Positions 8,166 to 18,240 of a stretch of DNA of 64,000 nucleotides are shown piece by piece. A model generated the notes under the pieces. The model was given only the letters and a program-made list of their open reading frames with translations, made no database searches and was not told where the DNA came from. Origin of the DNA: an uncultured Candidatus Saccharibacteria bacterium (lineage in GTDB: Bacteria; Patescibacteriota; Saccharimonadia; Saccharimonadales; JAGQNK01). How positions within the stretch are numbered: position 1 is the first letter of the stretch; every line of letters begins with the position of its first letter. The DNA lies in contig CAZWRS010000003.1 of NCBI GenBank assembly GCA_964636435.1, forward strand, positions 1,212 to 65,211. The letters run 5' to 3'. The position numbers and the translations under genes are program-made.

Positions 8166-9728
8166 TTAACGGCCTGGCATATCAGTTGAGTCTGAACTTT
8201 TACCTTTAACCACCCGGTACGGATATTTCGGGTATTTTGCAGCCAGTGCCCAGGGGCTAAGTAACATATCAACGTGGGGGATGTGGCGTAAAATCTCCTT
8301 CTCTAACTTGATCTGCCAAGAGGTTTGCTCGATCGCAGCAGAACGCTTCAGTTTGCTGGACAAGAGATTCGCTACAATTGCGTACAGCGCTGATACCGTC
8401 CATGCCTGCGTCGTCTCCGGGTTATTCGTACTGTCAACGATGATAAAATCGCCATGCTCATGTGATTCTGGTGCACTCGCTAAAACGCGGCCCCATTCAT
8501 CAACATAAACGAACTCTGGGTAGCTGCCGCTCCGCAATACCAGATTCAGTAATCGGTTCTCGAGCTGCTTAGCGAGCGCCGGAAAGCCCTGACGACGAAA
8601 GCCTTTGGCAATGTCGTACGTCTCCTTCGGCCAGGTGACGTAGCTGCCATGGTAGTCCCAATAATCCACCAGGTGACCCTCGCTTAGTGCGCGGCTGCGG
8701 ATACCCGCATCAGTCAAGAAATCCGGACTCATCACTTTTTTAACAATACCAGCTACATAGAGCTGTTTTTCTTCATCCGGCAATTCATCAAATAGAGCTG
8801 TCTCCAGCAAAGCTGCAGGATTGGCTGTAATGGTCTGGATGGTTCGCTGCTCGCCCGACGAAGAGTAGTCTACGCCAAGCGCAAAGTAGTTCTTTTCCGG
8901 TAGCCAGAGTTTTCTCAGGATTTGCGTCCGAAGCTCCCGCGCCCGCTCTGCAAACACGTCACGCTTATCAGCACTCTTAGTCAGTTCAGCAGCTGCCAGC
9001 AATGCATCGTAGGCTAGGCCTTGTACCTCTATAGAGGCAATGGGCGCCTCATGATTGGCACGCTCACCAGTGTTGTGCACATAAAATTCTCGGGAATCCT
9101 TCCAAACCTGATTCTCGATACCCTGCGGGTTCGCACGGTGGTATTCGATCATACCGGATTCTGCATCATCAAGCTTCGTGCAGACCCAGTCGGCTGCATT
9201 ATCCATAATGAGCTGCAAGCTGAGCGTGTGACCGCTGCGCAGACGAATCCGGCTGTCCATTATTTTCGTACCATATTTCCGGGTGTACGCACCGAGTAAA
9301 CGCAAGAAGTGCGGCGTTGCGTCAACCGACCCGTAGTAGGCGAGCTCCTGGTCATCGCCGCCCCAACGTGCACCGAGCTCCTCGAAGATGTGCTTCTGTG
9401 ATCCACGCAGGGGCTTACCATCAACGATCGCCGTACGGTACTCATGAATAATCTTGCCTGGCTCTTCTTCGTTGGTATCATTCTTAATTTCACCCTGCAG
9501 ACCGGCCAGGGTGAGGATGATTCGCCTGACCAAGCGTGGCTTCAGCGCGAGCAGATCTTCGGCAACCTCAATGGAATCCCGCCCAAATATCGCACCCTTG
9601 AAGAGTACGTCATTGCTAGCATAGACACCCTTGCCGGACTTTGAGGTTACGGATTTAAGGGCTATGCCCGGCAACAACAGTGGCTTCGCAGGATAGAGAG
9701 GGAGTTTTTGGGTAAGTGGATTTCTCAT
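8166..9728 (-). CDS. Amylo-alpha-1,6-glucosidase / glycogen-debranching-enzyme C-terminal-domain family protein ((alpha/alpha)6 glycoside hydrolase)
   Basis: The 520-aa ORF contains FGRDS, GKIIHEY, YYGSVDATPHFL, VWKDS, IEVQGLAYDAL and TQAWT motifs, which I recognise from the GDE_C family. The SD AGGAGGG lies upstream. Confidence 0.7.
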   Translation of the reverse strand: MRNPLTQKLPLYPAKPLLLPGIALKSVTSKSGKGVYASNDVLFKGAIFGRDSIEVAEDLLALKPRLVRRIILTLAGLQGEIKNDTNEEEPGKIIHEYRTAIVDGKPLRGSQKHIFEELGARWGGDDQELAYYGSVDATPHFLRLLGAYTRKYGTKIMDSRIRLRSGHTLSLQLIMDNAADWVCTKLDDAESGMIEYHRANPQGIENQVWKDSREFYVHNTGERANHEAPIASIEVQGLAYDALLAAAELTKSADKRDVFAERARELRTQILRKLWLPEKNYFALGVDYSSSGEQRTIQTITANPAALLETALFDELPDEEKQLYVAGIVKKVMSPDFLTDAGIRSRALSEGHLVDYWDYHGSYVTWPKETYDIAKGFRRQGFPALAKQLENRLLNLVLRSGSYPEFVYVDEWGRVLASAPESHEHGDFIIVDSTNNPETTQAWTVSALYAIVANLLSSKLKRSAAIEQTSWQIKLEKEILRHIPHVDMLLSPWALAAKYPKYPYRVVKGKSSDSTDMPGR

Positions 9729-9881
9729 AGCTGCCCTCCTATCGACACGCTTACGTTAATAGTACGAATAATTTCGACCTTACCGATGCAGGCCCGAAAA
9801 TGCAAGTAAATATTTCGATGCCTTAGCGTCACCAGGCGCGTATAATTAAACTTGCCACTACAATGGGTAAAGGAGTACATT

Positions 9882-10946
9882 ATGAAAATAATCATGGTTG
9901 CTGGGCCGTATGTACCGGTGCCACCACCGAAATACGGTGGTACCGAGCTGATTATCCATTATCTAATAAAAGGGCTTATGGAGGCAGGTCATGATGTGAC
10001 ACTTCTCGCCTCGGGCGATTCGACCGTCGATTGTGAGCTCATTCCAATTGTCGACAAAGCAATCTATTTTCCGAAAAGTAAAAGCGAGGAGGCCGCGTAC
10101 GAAGATATGGTCGTGCGGCTGAATGAGAAAACTGAAACCATGCTCAAGCAACTTATTGCTGATGCGGACATCATCCACTCGCATGGTTTTGACCTGAAAA
10201 ACTTCAGTGACGTGCCGAATATTACGACCATTCACGGACCTATCCTGATAGACCACATAGATTATTACAAGCAGCGTAGCAACTTATTCTATACGCCTAT
10301 TTCCAATAATCAGAAAGAGGCCCTGCCAGACATTAACTACACCAAAGTCGTGTATAACGGAGAAGACCCGGCAGAATTTCCAATCGTCGAAAAGCCGGAT
10401 GATTATCTGTGTTTCATTGGCCGCTTTGACCGCGAAAAAAATCCGCACCTCGCCATTCAACTGGCCATCAAGCTCGGTATGAAAATCAAAGTTGCCGGCA
10501 AGCTAGACCTGCAAGGTGAAGGTTACTTCGAAGAAGAGGTGGCAAAATACTTCGACCATCCTCTTGTCGAGTATCTCGGTGAACTTGACTTCCGAGAAAA
10601 GACTGCGCTGATTAGCCGGGCGAAGTGCAACTTGCACCCCACTGGATTTCGCGAACCATTTGGTCTCACGGTTCTAGAAGCTGCCTACTGTGGCACACCG
10701 ACGCTGGCAATTGCGCGCGGTTCGATGCCAGAACTTATTGACGAAGGCTTCACCGGCATGCTTGTCGAGGATTTTGTCGAAGGCTATCATGCCATCGAGG
10801 AATGCCTGGCAATGGATCGTCTGTATATCGCCAGCCGTACCCGTCGCTTGTTTAACTACAAGAACATGACCCGCGGCTATATCAATGCCTATAAGCAAGT
10901 CATGAAAACTCGACGCTACCCAAAAGCAACCGCCCCAGGGCTTTGA
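9882..10946 (+). CDS. Glycosyltransferase, GT-B fold, family 4-like
   Basis: MKIIMVAGPYVPVPPPKYGGTELIIHYLIKGL is a glycosyltransferase-like N-terminus. The C-terminal segment PTGFREPFGLTVLEAAYCGTPTLA carries the E-x7-E type donor-binding motif. The start was trimmed to ATG 9882, which is preceded by AAAGGAG. TATAAT sits at 9841-9846. Confidence 0.75.
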   Translation: MKIIMVAGPYVPVPPPKYGGTELIIHYLIKGLMEAGHDVTLLASGDSTVDCELIPIVDKAIYFPKSKSEEAAYEDMVVRLNEKTETMLKQLIADADIIHSHGFDLKNFSDVPNITTIHGPILIDHIDYYKQRSNLFYTPISNNQKEALPDINYTKVVYNGEDPAEFPIVEKPDDYLCFIGRFDREKNPHLAIQLAIKLGMKIKVAGKLDLQGEGYFEEEVAKYFDHPLVEYLGELDFREKTALISRAKCNLHPTGFREPFGLTVLEAAYCGTPTLAIARGSMPELIDEGFTGMLVEDFVEGYHAIEECLAMDRLYIASRTRRLFNYKNMTRGYINAYKQVMKTRRYPKATAPGL

Positions 10947-11020
10947 GTGACACCTGCGGCATGACGGCATGAGCCCTGCTGATTTTATCAGCAACAAACG
11001 ACCTGCAAGGAGTCACAATT

Positions 11021-11052
11021 AAAACAGCTGGCCCTAGATGTAGAGCCAGCTG
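11021..11052 (-). terminator. Terminator after fusA (between convergent fusA and the GT4 gene)
   Basis: CAGCTGGC-12 nt-GCCAGCTG (11025-11052) is followed on the minus strand by TTTTAATT. Confidence 0.65.
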
Positions 11053-11072
11053 TGCTGCTTCGGCAGTTTATG

Positions 11073-13160
11073 CTACTTGCCAGCCTTAGCGATAATTGCT
11101 TCGGCTACGTTCGGCGGTACATCAGCATAGTGATCCAGCTCCATGCTGCTGCTAGCGCGTCCCTGGGTCATGGACCGCAGACTGGTGGTATAGCCAAACA
11201 TTTCACCCAGTGGTACGAAAGCGGTAATTTCTTTCACGTTAGCACTTAGGTCTTCCATCGTTTCAATACGGCCACGCTTGGAGTTCAGGTCACCAATAAC
11301 GTCACCCATGAACTCTTCCGGTGTCACGACAACGACTTTCATGACCGGCTCAAGCAAGGTTGGCTTAGCATTCTTCATACCCTCCTGGAAGCCCATACTA
11401 CCGGCAATCTTAAAGGCCATTTCGCTTGAGTCAACATCGTGGTAACTACCGTCATAGAGTTCTACTTTGACATCCACGACTGGGTAGCCGGCTACCACAC
11501 CGTTATTCATAGCTTCCTTGATGCCCTCCTGGACTGGCTTGATATACTCATTCGGCACCACGCCACCCTTAATGGAGTTGATGAATTCAAAGCCAGCGCC
11601 TTTTTCGTTCTGGCTCAGTCGCAACCAGACATGACCGTACTGACCGCGACCACCGCTCTGGCGGACAAATTTTCCTTCGGCTTCGACAGCATCTTTGCGA
11701 ATAGTCTCGCGGTAAGCAACCTGCGGCGCACCAATGTTGGCCTCGACGTTAAACTCGCGCTTCATGCGGTCAACAAGGATCTCAAGGTGCAGCTCACCCA
11801 TACCTGATATAACTGTCTGGCCGGTCTCATCATCAACATGCACCCGGAAGGTTGGATCTTCTTCAGCGAGGCGCTGCAGCGCGAGACTCATCTTTTCCTG
11901 GTCAGACTTAGTCTTTGGCTCGATGGCAATCGATACCGGCGGCTCTGGGAAGGTGATGCTTTCAAGAACTACCGGATTGTTACCGTCAGCCAGGGTGTTA
12001 CCAGTAGTGGTCGCCTTCAGGCCGACAATAGCAGCGATGTCACCTGCACCAACTTCAGAAATTTCTTCACGCTTGTCAGCATGCATACGAACGATACGGC
12101 CGACACGCTCCTTTTCACCTGTTGAGGTATTCATGACGTATGAACCAGCCGTCAACTTACCGGAGTAGACACGGAAGTAGGCGAGTTTACCGACAAACGG
12201 ATCGTTTGTGATCTTAAAGGCCAGACCAGCCAGCGGCTCAGATTCTGATGTCTTGCGCTCAACTTGATCACCAGTCTTTGGATGCGTGCCCCAGACAGAG
12301 TCAATGTCTTTTGGTGATGGCAGGATATCAACGACTAGGTCGAGAACCTTCTCAACAATCACGCCACGACCGTCGCCACCGGTAACTGGATAGAAATTAC
12401 CGCTAATGGTGGCTGCGCGTACGGCTCGGATGACCTCTTCTTCAGTCAGACCCTCTTCACCAACTTCAAAGTACTTCTCAAGCATCGCTTCATCTTCGGC
12501 CACTGCATTCTCGATCAAAAGACTGCGGTACTTCTTAGCCTGGTCCAGCATGTCTTCTGGCACATCGCCCTCGACAAGCTCTTTGTCGGTAAATTCATTG
12601 TAGGTGTAGGCTTTCATGCGAACGAGGTCAACGACACCGCTAACACCTTGCTCAAAGCCAATTGGTAGGTGGATAGGAAATGCCCGCTTGCTCAAGCGGT
12701 TATGAATGGTGTCGAGTGATTTGTAGAAGTCGCCACCGGTCTGGTTGATCTTGTTGATGAAACAGACACGCGGTACGAGATACTTGTCAGCCTGACGCCA
12801 CACGGTTTCTGATTGTGATTCGACGCCCATCTTACCGTCAAACACCACGACGGCACCGTCGAGCACACGAAGCGAGCGCTCAACCTCAACGGTAAAGTCA
12901 ATGTGACCTGGTGTATCGATAATGTTAATCTGGTGATCGCGCCAAAAACACGTGACAGCAGCAGAAACAATGGTGATTCCACGCTCACGCTCCTGCGCCA
13001 TCCAGTCGGTCGTGGACTCACCTTCGTGAGTAGTACCAATTTTGTGCTTAATACCAGTGCGGTACAGAATACCTTCTGTTGTGGTCGTCTTACCCGCGTC
13101 AATGTGGGCAATGATACCAATGTTCCTGATCTTATCTAGTGCGTACTTTTTTGCTGCCAT
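11073..13160 (-). CDS. fusA: Elongation factor G
   Basis: The 695-aa ORF has [20 protein letters not shown] and EF-G domain IV/V sequence. Confidence 0.99.
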   Translation of the reverse strand: MAAKKYALDKIRNIGIIAHIDAGKTTTTEGILYRTGIKHKIGTTHEGESTTDWMAQERERGITIVSAAVTCFWRDHQINIIDTPGHIDFTVEVERSLRVLDGAVVVFDGKMGVESQSETVWRQADKYLVPRVCFINKINQTGGDFYKSLDTIHNRLSKRAFPIHLPIGFEQGVSGVVDLVRMKAYTYNEFTDKELVEGDVPEDMLDQAKKYRSLLIENAVAEDEAMLEKYFEVGEEGLTEEEVIRAVRAATISGNFYPVTGGDGRGVIVEKVLDLVVDILPSPKDIDSVWGTHPKTGDQVERKTSESEPLAGLAFKITNDPFVGKLAYFRVYSGKLTAGSYVMNTSTGEKERVGRIVRMHADKREEISEVGAGDIAAIVGLKATTTGNTLADGNNPVVLESITFPEPPVSIAIEPKTKSDQEKMSLALQRLAEEDPTFRVHVDDETGQTVISGMGELHLEILVDRMKREFNVEANIGAPQVAYRETIRKDAVEAEGKFVRQSGGRGQYGHVWLRLSQNEKGAGFEFINSIKGGVVPNEYIKPVQEGIKEAMNNGVVAGYPVVDVKVELYDGSYHDVDSSEMAFKIAGSMGFQEGMKNAKPTLLEPVMKVVVVTPEEFMGDVIGDLNSKRGRIETMEDLSANVKEITAFVPLGEMFGYTTSLRSMTQGRASSSMELDHYADVPPNVAEAIIAKAGK

Positions 13161-13161
13161 G

Positions 13162-13416
13162 CTATTCCTTTTCTACTGCTTGCTGTATTAACTGAGAACA
13201 TTCAGATACTTCTTTGCTGCCCTCTATAAAATTGTCCGGCCCCTCGCATGCTTCGAAATTGACATCTCTGCTGAATCCTCTGAGACTGTCCATTACCTCA
13301 GCTTTGCCTACCTCTCTTGGGCTAATGTGTCCGTCCTCTATTAGGCCAATAAGATAAGGGCACTCCACGCACTTTGGGGGGAAATATTGCTGGGCGTCGT
13401 AAAGCATCCCTTCCAC
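13162..13416 (-). CDS. Hypothetical small Cys-containing protein (84 aa) wedged between rpsG and fusA
   Basis: A GTG start at 13416 is preceded by GAGGT at 7 nt, 5 nt after the rpsG stop. Its TAG stop is 1 nt before the fusA ATG. It contains C16-x2-C19 plus C57 and C73. No family recognised. Confidence 0.55.
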   Translation of the reverse strand: MEGMLYDAQQYFPPKCVECPYLIGLIEDGHISPREVGKAEVMDSLRGFSRDVNFEACEGPDNFIEGSKEVSECSQLIQQAVEKE

Positions 13417-13421
13417 TATCT

Positions 13422-13898
13422 CTACCTCGCAAAGTGAGCGAAGGCGCGGTTAGCTTCAGCCATCTTGTGCGTATCTTCACGCTTCTTAACTGCCATACCA
13501 GTGTTATTGTACGCATCAATGAGCTCGAGCTTGATACGGTCTTCCATGCTCATGCCCTTGCGCGCACGGCAAGCAGCCACGAACCACATCATCGTCAGGT
13601 GGTTCTGACGCTGACCCTTAACCTCAAACGGGATCTGGTAGTTGGCACCACCAACACGCCGCGAACGAGTTTCCATAGCTGGACGAACGTTTTTCATTGC
13701 CTGCTCAAAAACATCGAGCGGGTTATCTACTTTGAGCTCGGCTGCAGCCTTTTGCATGCCGCCGTAAACTAGGCGTTCCGCAAGCTGCTTCTTGCCATTC
13801 AGCATCACTCGGTTAATCAGCCGCTGGACCATGACGCTGTTATACATGCGGTCAGGTTGAATTGGGCGAACAAGAGATTTGGTAACTTTCCTCGGCAT
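13422..13898 (-). CDS. rpsG: 30S ribosomal protein uS7
   Basis: [37 protein letters not shown] is canonical S7. Confidence 0.98.
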   Translation of the reverse strand: MPRKVTKSLVRPIQPDRMYNSVMVQRLINRVMLNGKKQLAERLVYGGMQKAAAELKVDNPLDVFEQAMKNVRPAMETRSRRVGGANYQIPFEVKGQRQNHLTMMWFVAACRARKGMSMEDRIKLELIDAYNNTGMAVKKREDTHKMAEANRAFAHFAR

Positions 13899-14311
13899 TA
13901 CTTGCGCTCCTTCTTGGTGCCGTACTTGCTTCGGCCATTCTTACGATTCTGCACACCCTGGAGGTCAAGTGCACCACGAACAATGTGATAACGCACACCA
14001 GGAAGGTCCTTAACGCGGCCACCGCGAACCATGACCACCGCGTGCTCCTGCAAGTTGTGGCCTTCACCACCAATGTACGCCCAGACTTCATGACCGTTGT
14101 TCAAGCGTACACGGGCAACCTTACGGAGTGCTGAGTTTGGCTTCTTTGGGGTTTTGGTCGTGACCTTTACGCACACACCACGCTTAAATGGAGACGGCTT
14201 TTCGTAGTTCGTCGTCTTCAGGCTGTTCACCACACGATGAAGGTGTGGCGAATTCGACTTGGTCGACTTTGCCTTACGCGGCTTGCGCACTAATTGATTG
14301 ATTGTTGGCAT
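13898..14311 (-). CDS. rpsL: 30S ribosomal protein uS12
   Basis: [13 protein letters not shown]...[17 protein letters not shown] is canonical S12. Confidence 0.98.
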   Translation of the reverse strand: MPTINQLVRKPRKAKSTKSNSPHLHRVVNSLKTTNYEKPSPFKRGVCVKVTTKTPKKPNSALRKVARVRLNNGHEVWAYIGGEGHNLQEHAVVMVRGGRVKDLPGVRYHIVRGALDLQGVQNRKNGRSKYGTKKERK

Positions 14312-14397
14312 TTATTCTCCTTTAGATGTGTAACCTACTGCTGCAGGGCAATGCCTCTCCCCGGCTCAGGCTACTTATAGTTAACTTGTAAACTCTA

Positions 14398-17300
14398 CTA
14401 CAAATTGGCGGTTTCTTCAACCTCTACGGCGTCGACATCCGAGAATCCGTCGTTGTCCAGATCCGGCAGGTAGCCGGTTCCGACTGGGATGCGGCGGCCG
14501 AGAATGACGTTTTCCTTCAGACCGTAGAGCTTGTCTACCTTACCACTGGTCGCCGCCGAAATCAGAACACGTGTCGTGTCTTGGAAGGATGCGGCGCTCA
14601 GGAATGAGTCAGTTGACAGGCTGGCCTTGGTGATACCAAGCAGCAACTGCGTGAACTTAGCCGGCTCCTTACCTTCCTTGGCCAAGCGCTCGTTGGCCTC
14701 GACGACCGCCAGCTTGGATACAATGTCACCAGTCACAAATTCCGTGTCACCAGCTTCCTCGATCTGAACGCGGCTGAACATCTGGCGTACGATGATCTCA
14801 AGGTGCTTATCGTCGATGTTTTGACCCTGGCTGGCAAAGATGCGTAGGATTTCGTTCATGATGTAGCGCTGTGTTGCTTCGACACCCTTCAGACGCATCA
14901 GCTCATGCAGGTTGATCGAGCCGTTCGTCAGCCGGTCACCGGCAGACACGGTATCGCCATCCTTGACGGTCAGCTGTTTAAAGCCCGGGATTTCGTAGCG
15001 AACAACGCTGCCGTTGCTTGGAACGATCGTGACTTTCTTCTTGGAAACCTCCACCTTACCTGGCACAGGCGCAACCAATGGGTTCGAGCCATCTTCGCTG
15101 GCCGCGATGACATCGCCAATAGCAACGTCGCTGCCACTGGCAACTTGCACAACACGATCATTGATTTCCAGCTCAGTAACATCTTTGGCGCTGGATGTGA
15201 CCTGCACAATGTAGCGCTCACCTTCTTCCCAAGAGTTCACCGTACCATCGATCTCAGTCAGGTAAGCCTGACCTTTCGGCGTACGTGTCTCGAATAATTC
15301 TTCGACTCGTGGCAAACCTTGCGTAATGTCGTCAGCAACAGCCGATCCGCCAGCGTGGAACGTACGCAGCGTCAGCTGCGTGCCTGGCTCACCGATTGAC
15401 TGCGCGGCTATGACACCGACAGGATGATGGTTGGCGACTAATTCACCGGTTGCCGGATCGAGGCCGTAGGATTTCCGTGGCACACCCTTAACCGAGGTAG
15501 CCGATAGGGCGCTCATGATCTTAATGCCATCAAGCGTTTCGTCGGCTTCGATTTTCTCCGCAATTTCCTTAGTAATGAGTTCACCGCGTTTCACGAGATT
15601 CGCGACATCTTCAGCTGCGAAGCGGCCCTCAAGGCGGGAAGCGTAACTGACACCGATTTCCTCTGCGTCAGAACGATTGACTGCAAATCCTGGGTCGTCA
15701 GCCTCAGCTTCGTCATCAATGGTAAAGACGTCTTGTGAGACATCGACCAGACGGCGCGTCAGGTAACCTGAATCGGCAGTCTTAAGTGCCGTGTCAATCA
15801 TACCCTTACGAGCACCACGAGTGGCCGTAAAGTACTCGAGCGGCGAAAAGCCTTTCTTATAGTTGGAGCGGATCGGCAGCTCAATAGCACGTCCCGTTGC
15901 ATCGGTAGTGACACCGAGCATACCGACGATGTTCTTAACCTGACCGATGTTACCACGCGCACCGGACAGGGCGGCAATCGCCATGGCGGTGTCTTCGGTC
16001 GTAAACTGGTCGGTCAGCATGGCGAGCACCTTGTTATCGGTGTCCATCCAGGTCTCGACAGTTAAGCGATAGCGCTCGTCTTCGGTAATGAAGCCCTGCT
16101 CGTACTGCTCGCTGATCTCCGCGGCACGCTCTTCACCGGCCTTAATGGTCTCGTTCAAGCCTTTTAGGTCATTGAAGTCGCCCATACCGAGGCTGAGTCC
16201 AGAACGGGTCGCAAAGTCAAATCCAATGTCTTTGAGGTCGTCAGCGATTTCAGCTGTCTTAGCCTGACCATACTTCTGGTACGCCAACGCCATGACGCCG
16301 TTCAAGCGTTTTTTGGTCATTGGCTCATCCTGGAATGGGAAGTCCTCTGGGAAGATTTCATTAAACAGCAGGCGACCCAGTGTCGTTTCACGAACTTTGC
16401 CGCGGAATGGTACCCGCACGCGGCTCTGTATGCGTATTTCGCCGGCATCTCGGGCCATGAGCGCTTCGCCCAGGCTCACGAATGATATCGGCTTGTCTTC
16501 GGTCATACCTGGCCGTTCGTAGGTCATGTAGTAACAACCCAGCACGATATCCTGCTCAATGTGCAGAATTGGTGATCCGTCTGCTGGCTTGAGCAGGTTC
16601 ATGTTGCTGGCCATGATTGTCCGGGCTTCTTTCTGCGCCTCGTCACTCAGCGGCAGGTGCACAGCCATCTGGTCACCATCAAAATCAGCGTTGAAGCCTT
16701 TACAGACGAGTGGGTGAAGCTGAATTGCCTTACCCTCGATCAAACGTGGCTGAAATGCCTGGATTGACAGACGGTGCAGTGATGGGGCGCGGTTCAACAG
16801 TACGTACTTGCCCTTGATCACTTCATCGAGAGCGTCCCACACCTCAGTCTCGCCAGTCTCAATCATTCGGGTTGCGCTGCGAATGTTATGGGCGTGCTCG
16901 TTTTGGATGAGGTGACCGATGACAAACGGCTTAAACAGCTCCAGTGCCATCATCTTCGGCAGACCACACTCATAAATCTTCAGCTCAGGGCCGGCAACGA
17001 TTACCGAGCGACCTGAGTAGTCGACACGCTTACCAAGCAGGTTCTGGCGGAAGCGTCCCTGCTTACCCTTCAACATGTCACTCAATGATTTCAGGCGTCG
17101 ACGTTGACCAGTTGCGGCAACCGCACGGCCAGAACGGGCATTGCTGTTATCAATCAGGGCGTCAACCGCTTCCTGGAGCATGCGCTGCTCGTTACGGCGT
17201 ATCACCTCTGGTGCGTTAAGCTCAATAAGCTTCTTCAATCGGTTGTTACGATTGATGACGCGACGATACAGGTCGTTCAGGTCTGAGGTCGCGAACCGAC

Positions 17301-18240
17301 CACCCGTCAGCTGAACCATTGGACGCAGATCCGGAGGGATGACAGGTAGGACAGACAAGCACATGCTGCTTGGCTCAATGCCAGCCCGCTGCATACTTTC
17401 GAGCAGGCGCAGTCGCTTCATGAGCTTCTTCTTGCGCTGACCCTTTGCCTCCTCAGACTCGTCGGTCAGACGGGCAATGAGCTCATTTAAATCAACTTGG
17501 TCAAGCAGTTCCTTCAATGCCGCACCGCCCATACCGACAGTGATCATTTCGCGCAGCTCTGCCGGCAAGGCTCGGTAATCAGTCTCACTAATGAGGTTGA
17601 GATGCTCTAGGCTGCTGATCTGATTCTTAAGCAGTTCAAACTCTTCGGTGACTTCTTCGAGCTCTTTCGTCTGCATCTCAGCTAGCGCCTTGACGTTAGC
17701 ATCTTCGGCTTCTGCTTCCTTTTCAAATCGGGCCTTGATGGCGGTTTGAGCGGCAGCAAACTCTGCTTCTTTATCGGCTAGGTACTGGTCGCGCTTCTCT
17801 GCGTCAACTGACTTTATAACGTAGCTGGCAAAGTACGCGATTCGTTCCAAGTTCTTGACTGTCATACCAAGCAGCAGGCCGATTGCCGACGGAGTGCCAC
17901 GCAGGAACCAGATATGTGCAACTGGCGTTGCCAGTTGTATGTGGCCCATACGCTCACGACGGACGATGCTCTTGGTGACAATTTCACCATTCTTGTCTAC
18001 GGCTGCCTCGCGTGAGCGAACACCTTTGTATTTGGCATCGTGTGGGTTGATATCCTTGACCGGACCAAAGATACGCTCACAGAATAATCCATCGCGCTCA
18101 GGCTTCTGGGTTCGGTAGTTAATTGTTTCCGGTTTGGTAACTTCACCATAGCTCCAATCGAGAATGTCTGCCGGACTAGCCACAGCCAGGCGGACTGCGT
18201 CAAAGTCGGCAATATTTGTACCAGTATTGTAGCGTCTCAT
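14398..18240 (-). CDS. rpoC: DNA-directed RNA polymerase subunit beta'
   Basis: The 1280-aa ORF contains the [12 protein letters not shown] catalytic motif. The start overlaps the rpoB stop by 1 nt (TAATG). Confidence 0.99.
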   Translation of the reverse strand: MRRYNTGTNIADFDAVRLAVASPADILDWSYGEVTKPETINYRTQKPERDGLFCERIFGPVKDINPHDAKYKGVRSREAAVDKNGEIVTKSIVRRERMGHIQLATPVAHIWFLRGTPSAIGLLLGMTVKNLERIAYFASYVIKSVDAEKRDQYLADKEAEFAAAQTAIKARFEKEAEAEDANVKALAEMQTKELEEVTEEFELLKNQISSLEHLNLISETDYRALPAELREMITVGMGGAALKELLDQVDLNELIARLTDESEEAKGQRKKKLMKRLRLLESMQRAGIEPSSMCLSVLPVIPPDLRPMVQLTGGRFATSDLNDLYRRVINRNNRLKKLIELNAPEVIRRNEQRMLQEAVDALIDNSNARSGRAVAATGQRRRLKSLSDMLKGKQGRFRQNLLGKRVDYSGRSVIVAGPELKIYECGLPKMMALELFKPFVIGHLIQNEHAHNIRSATRMIETGETEVWDALDEVIKGKYVLLNRAPSLHRLSIQAFQPRLIEGKAIQLHPLVCKGFNADFDGDQMAVHLPLSDEAQKEARTIMASNMNLLKPADGSPILHIEQDIVLGCYYMTYERPGMTEDKPISFVSLGEALMARDAGEIRIQSRVRVPFRGKVRETTLGRLLFNEIFPEDFPFQDEPMTKKRLNGVMALAYQKYGQAKTAEIADDLKDIGFDFATRSGLSLGMGDFNDLKGLNETIKAGEERAAEISEQYEQGFITEDERYRLTVETWMDTDNKVLAMLTDQFTTEDTAMAIAALSGARGNIGQVKNIVGMLGVTTDATGRAIELPIRSNYKKGFSPLEYFTATRGARKGMIDTALKTADSGYLTRRLVDVSQDVFTIDDEAEADDPGFAVNRSDAEEIGVSYASRLEGRFAAEDVANLVKRGELITKEIAEKIEADETLDGIKIMSALSATSVKGVPRKSYGLDPATGELVANHHPVGVIAAQSIGEPGTQLTLRTFHAGGSAVADDITQGLPRVEELFETRTPKGQAYLTEIDGTVNSWEEGERYIVQVTSSAKDVTELEINDRVVQVASGSDVAIGDVIAASEDGSNPLVAPVPGKVEVSKKKVTIVPSNGSVVRYEIPGFKQLTVKDGDTVSAGDRLTNGSINLHELMRLKGVEATQRYIMNEILRIFASQGQNIDDKHLEIIVRQMFSRVQIEEAGDTEFVTGDIVSKLAVVEANERLAKEGKEPAKFTQLLLGITKASLSTDSFLSAASFQDTTRVLISAATSGKVDKLYGLKENVILGRRIPVGTGYLPDLDNDGFSDVDAVEVEETANL

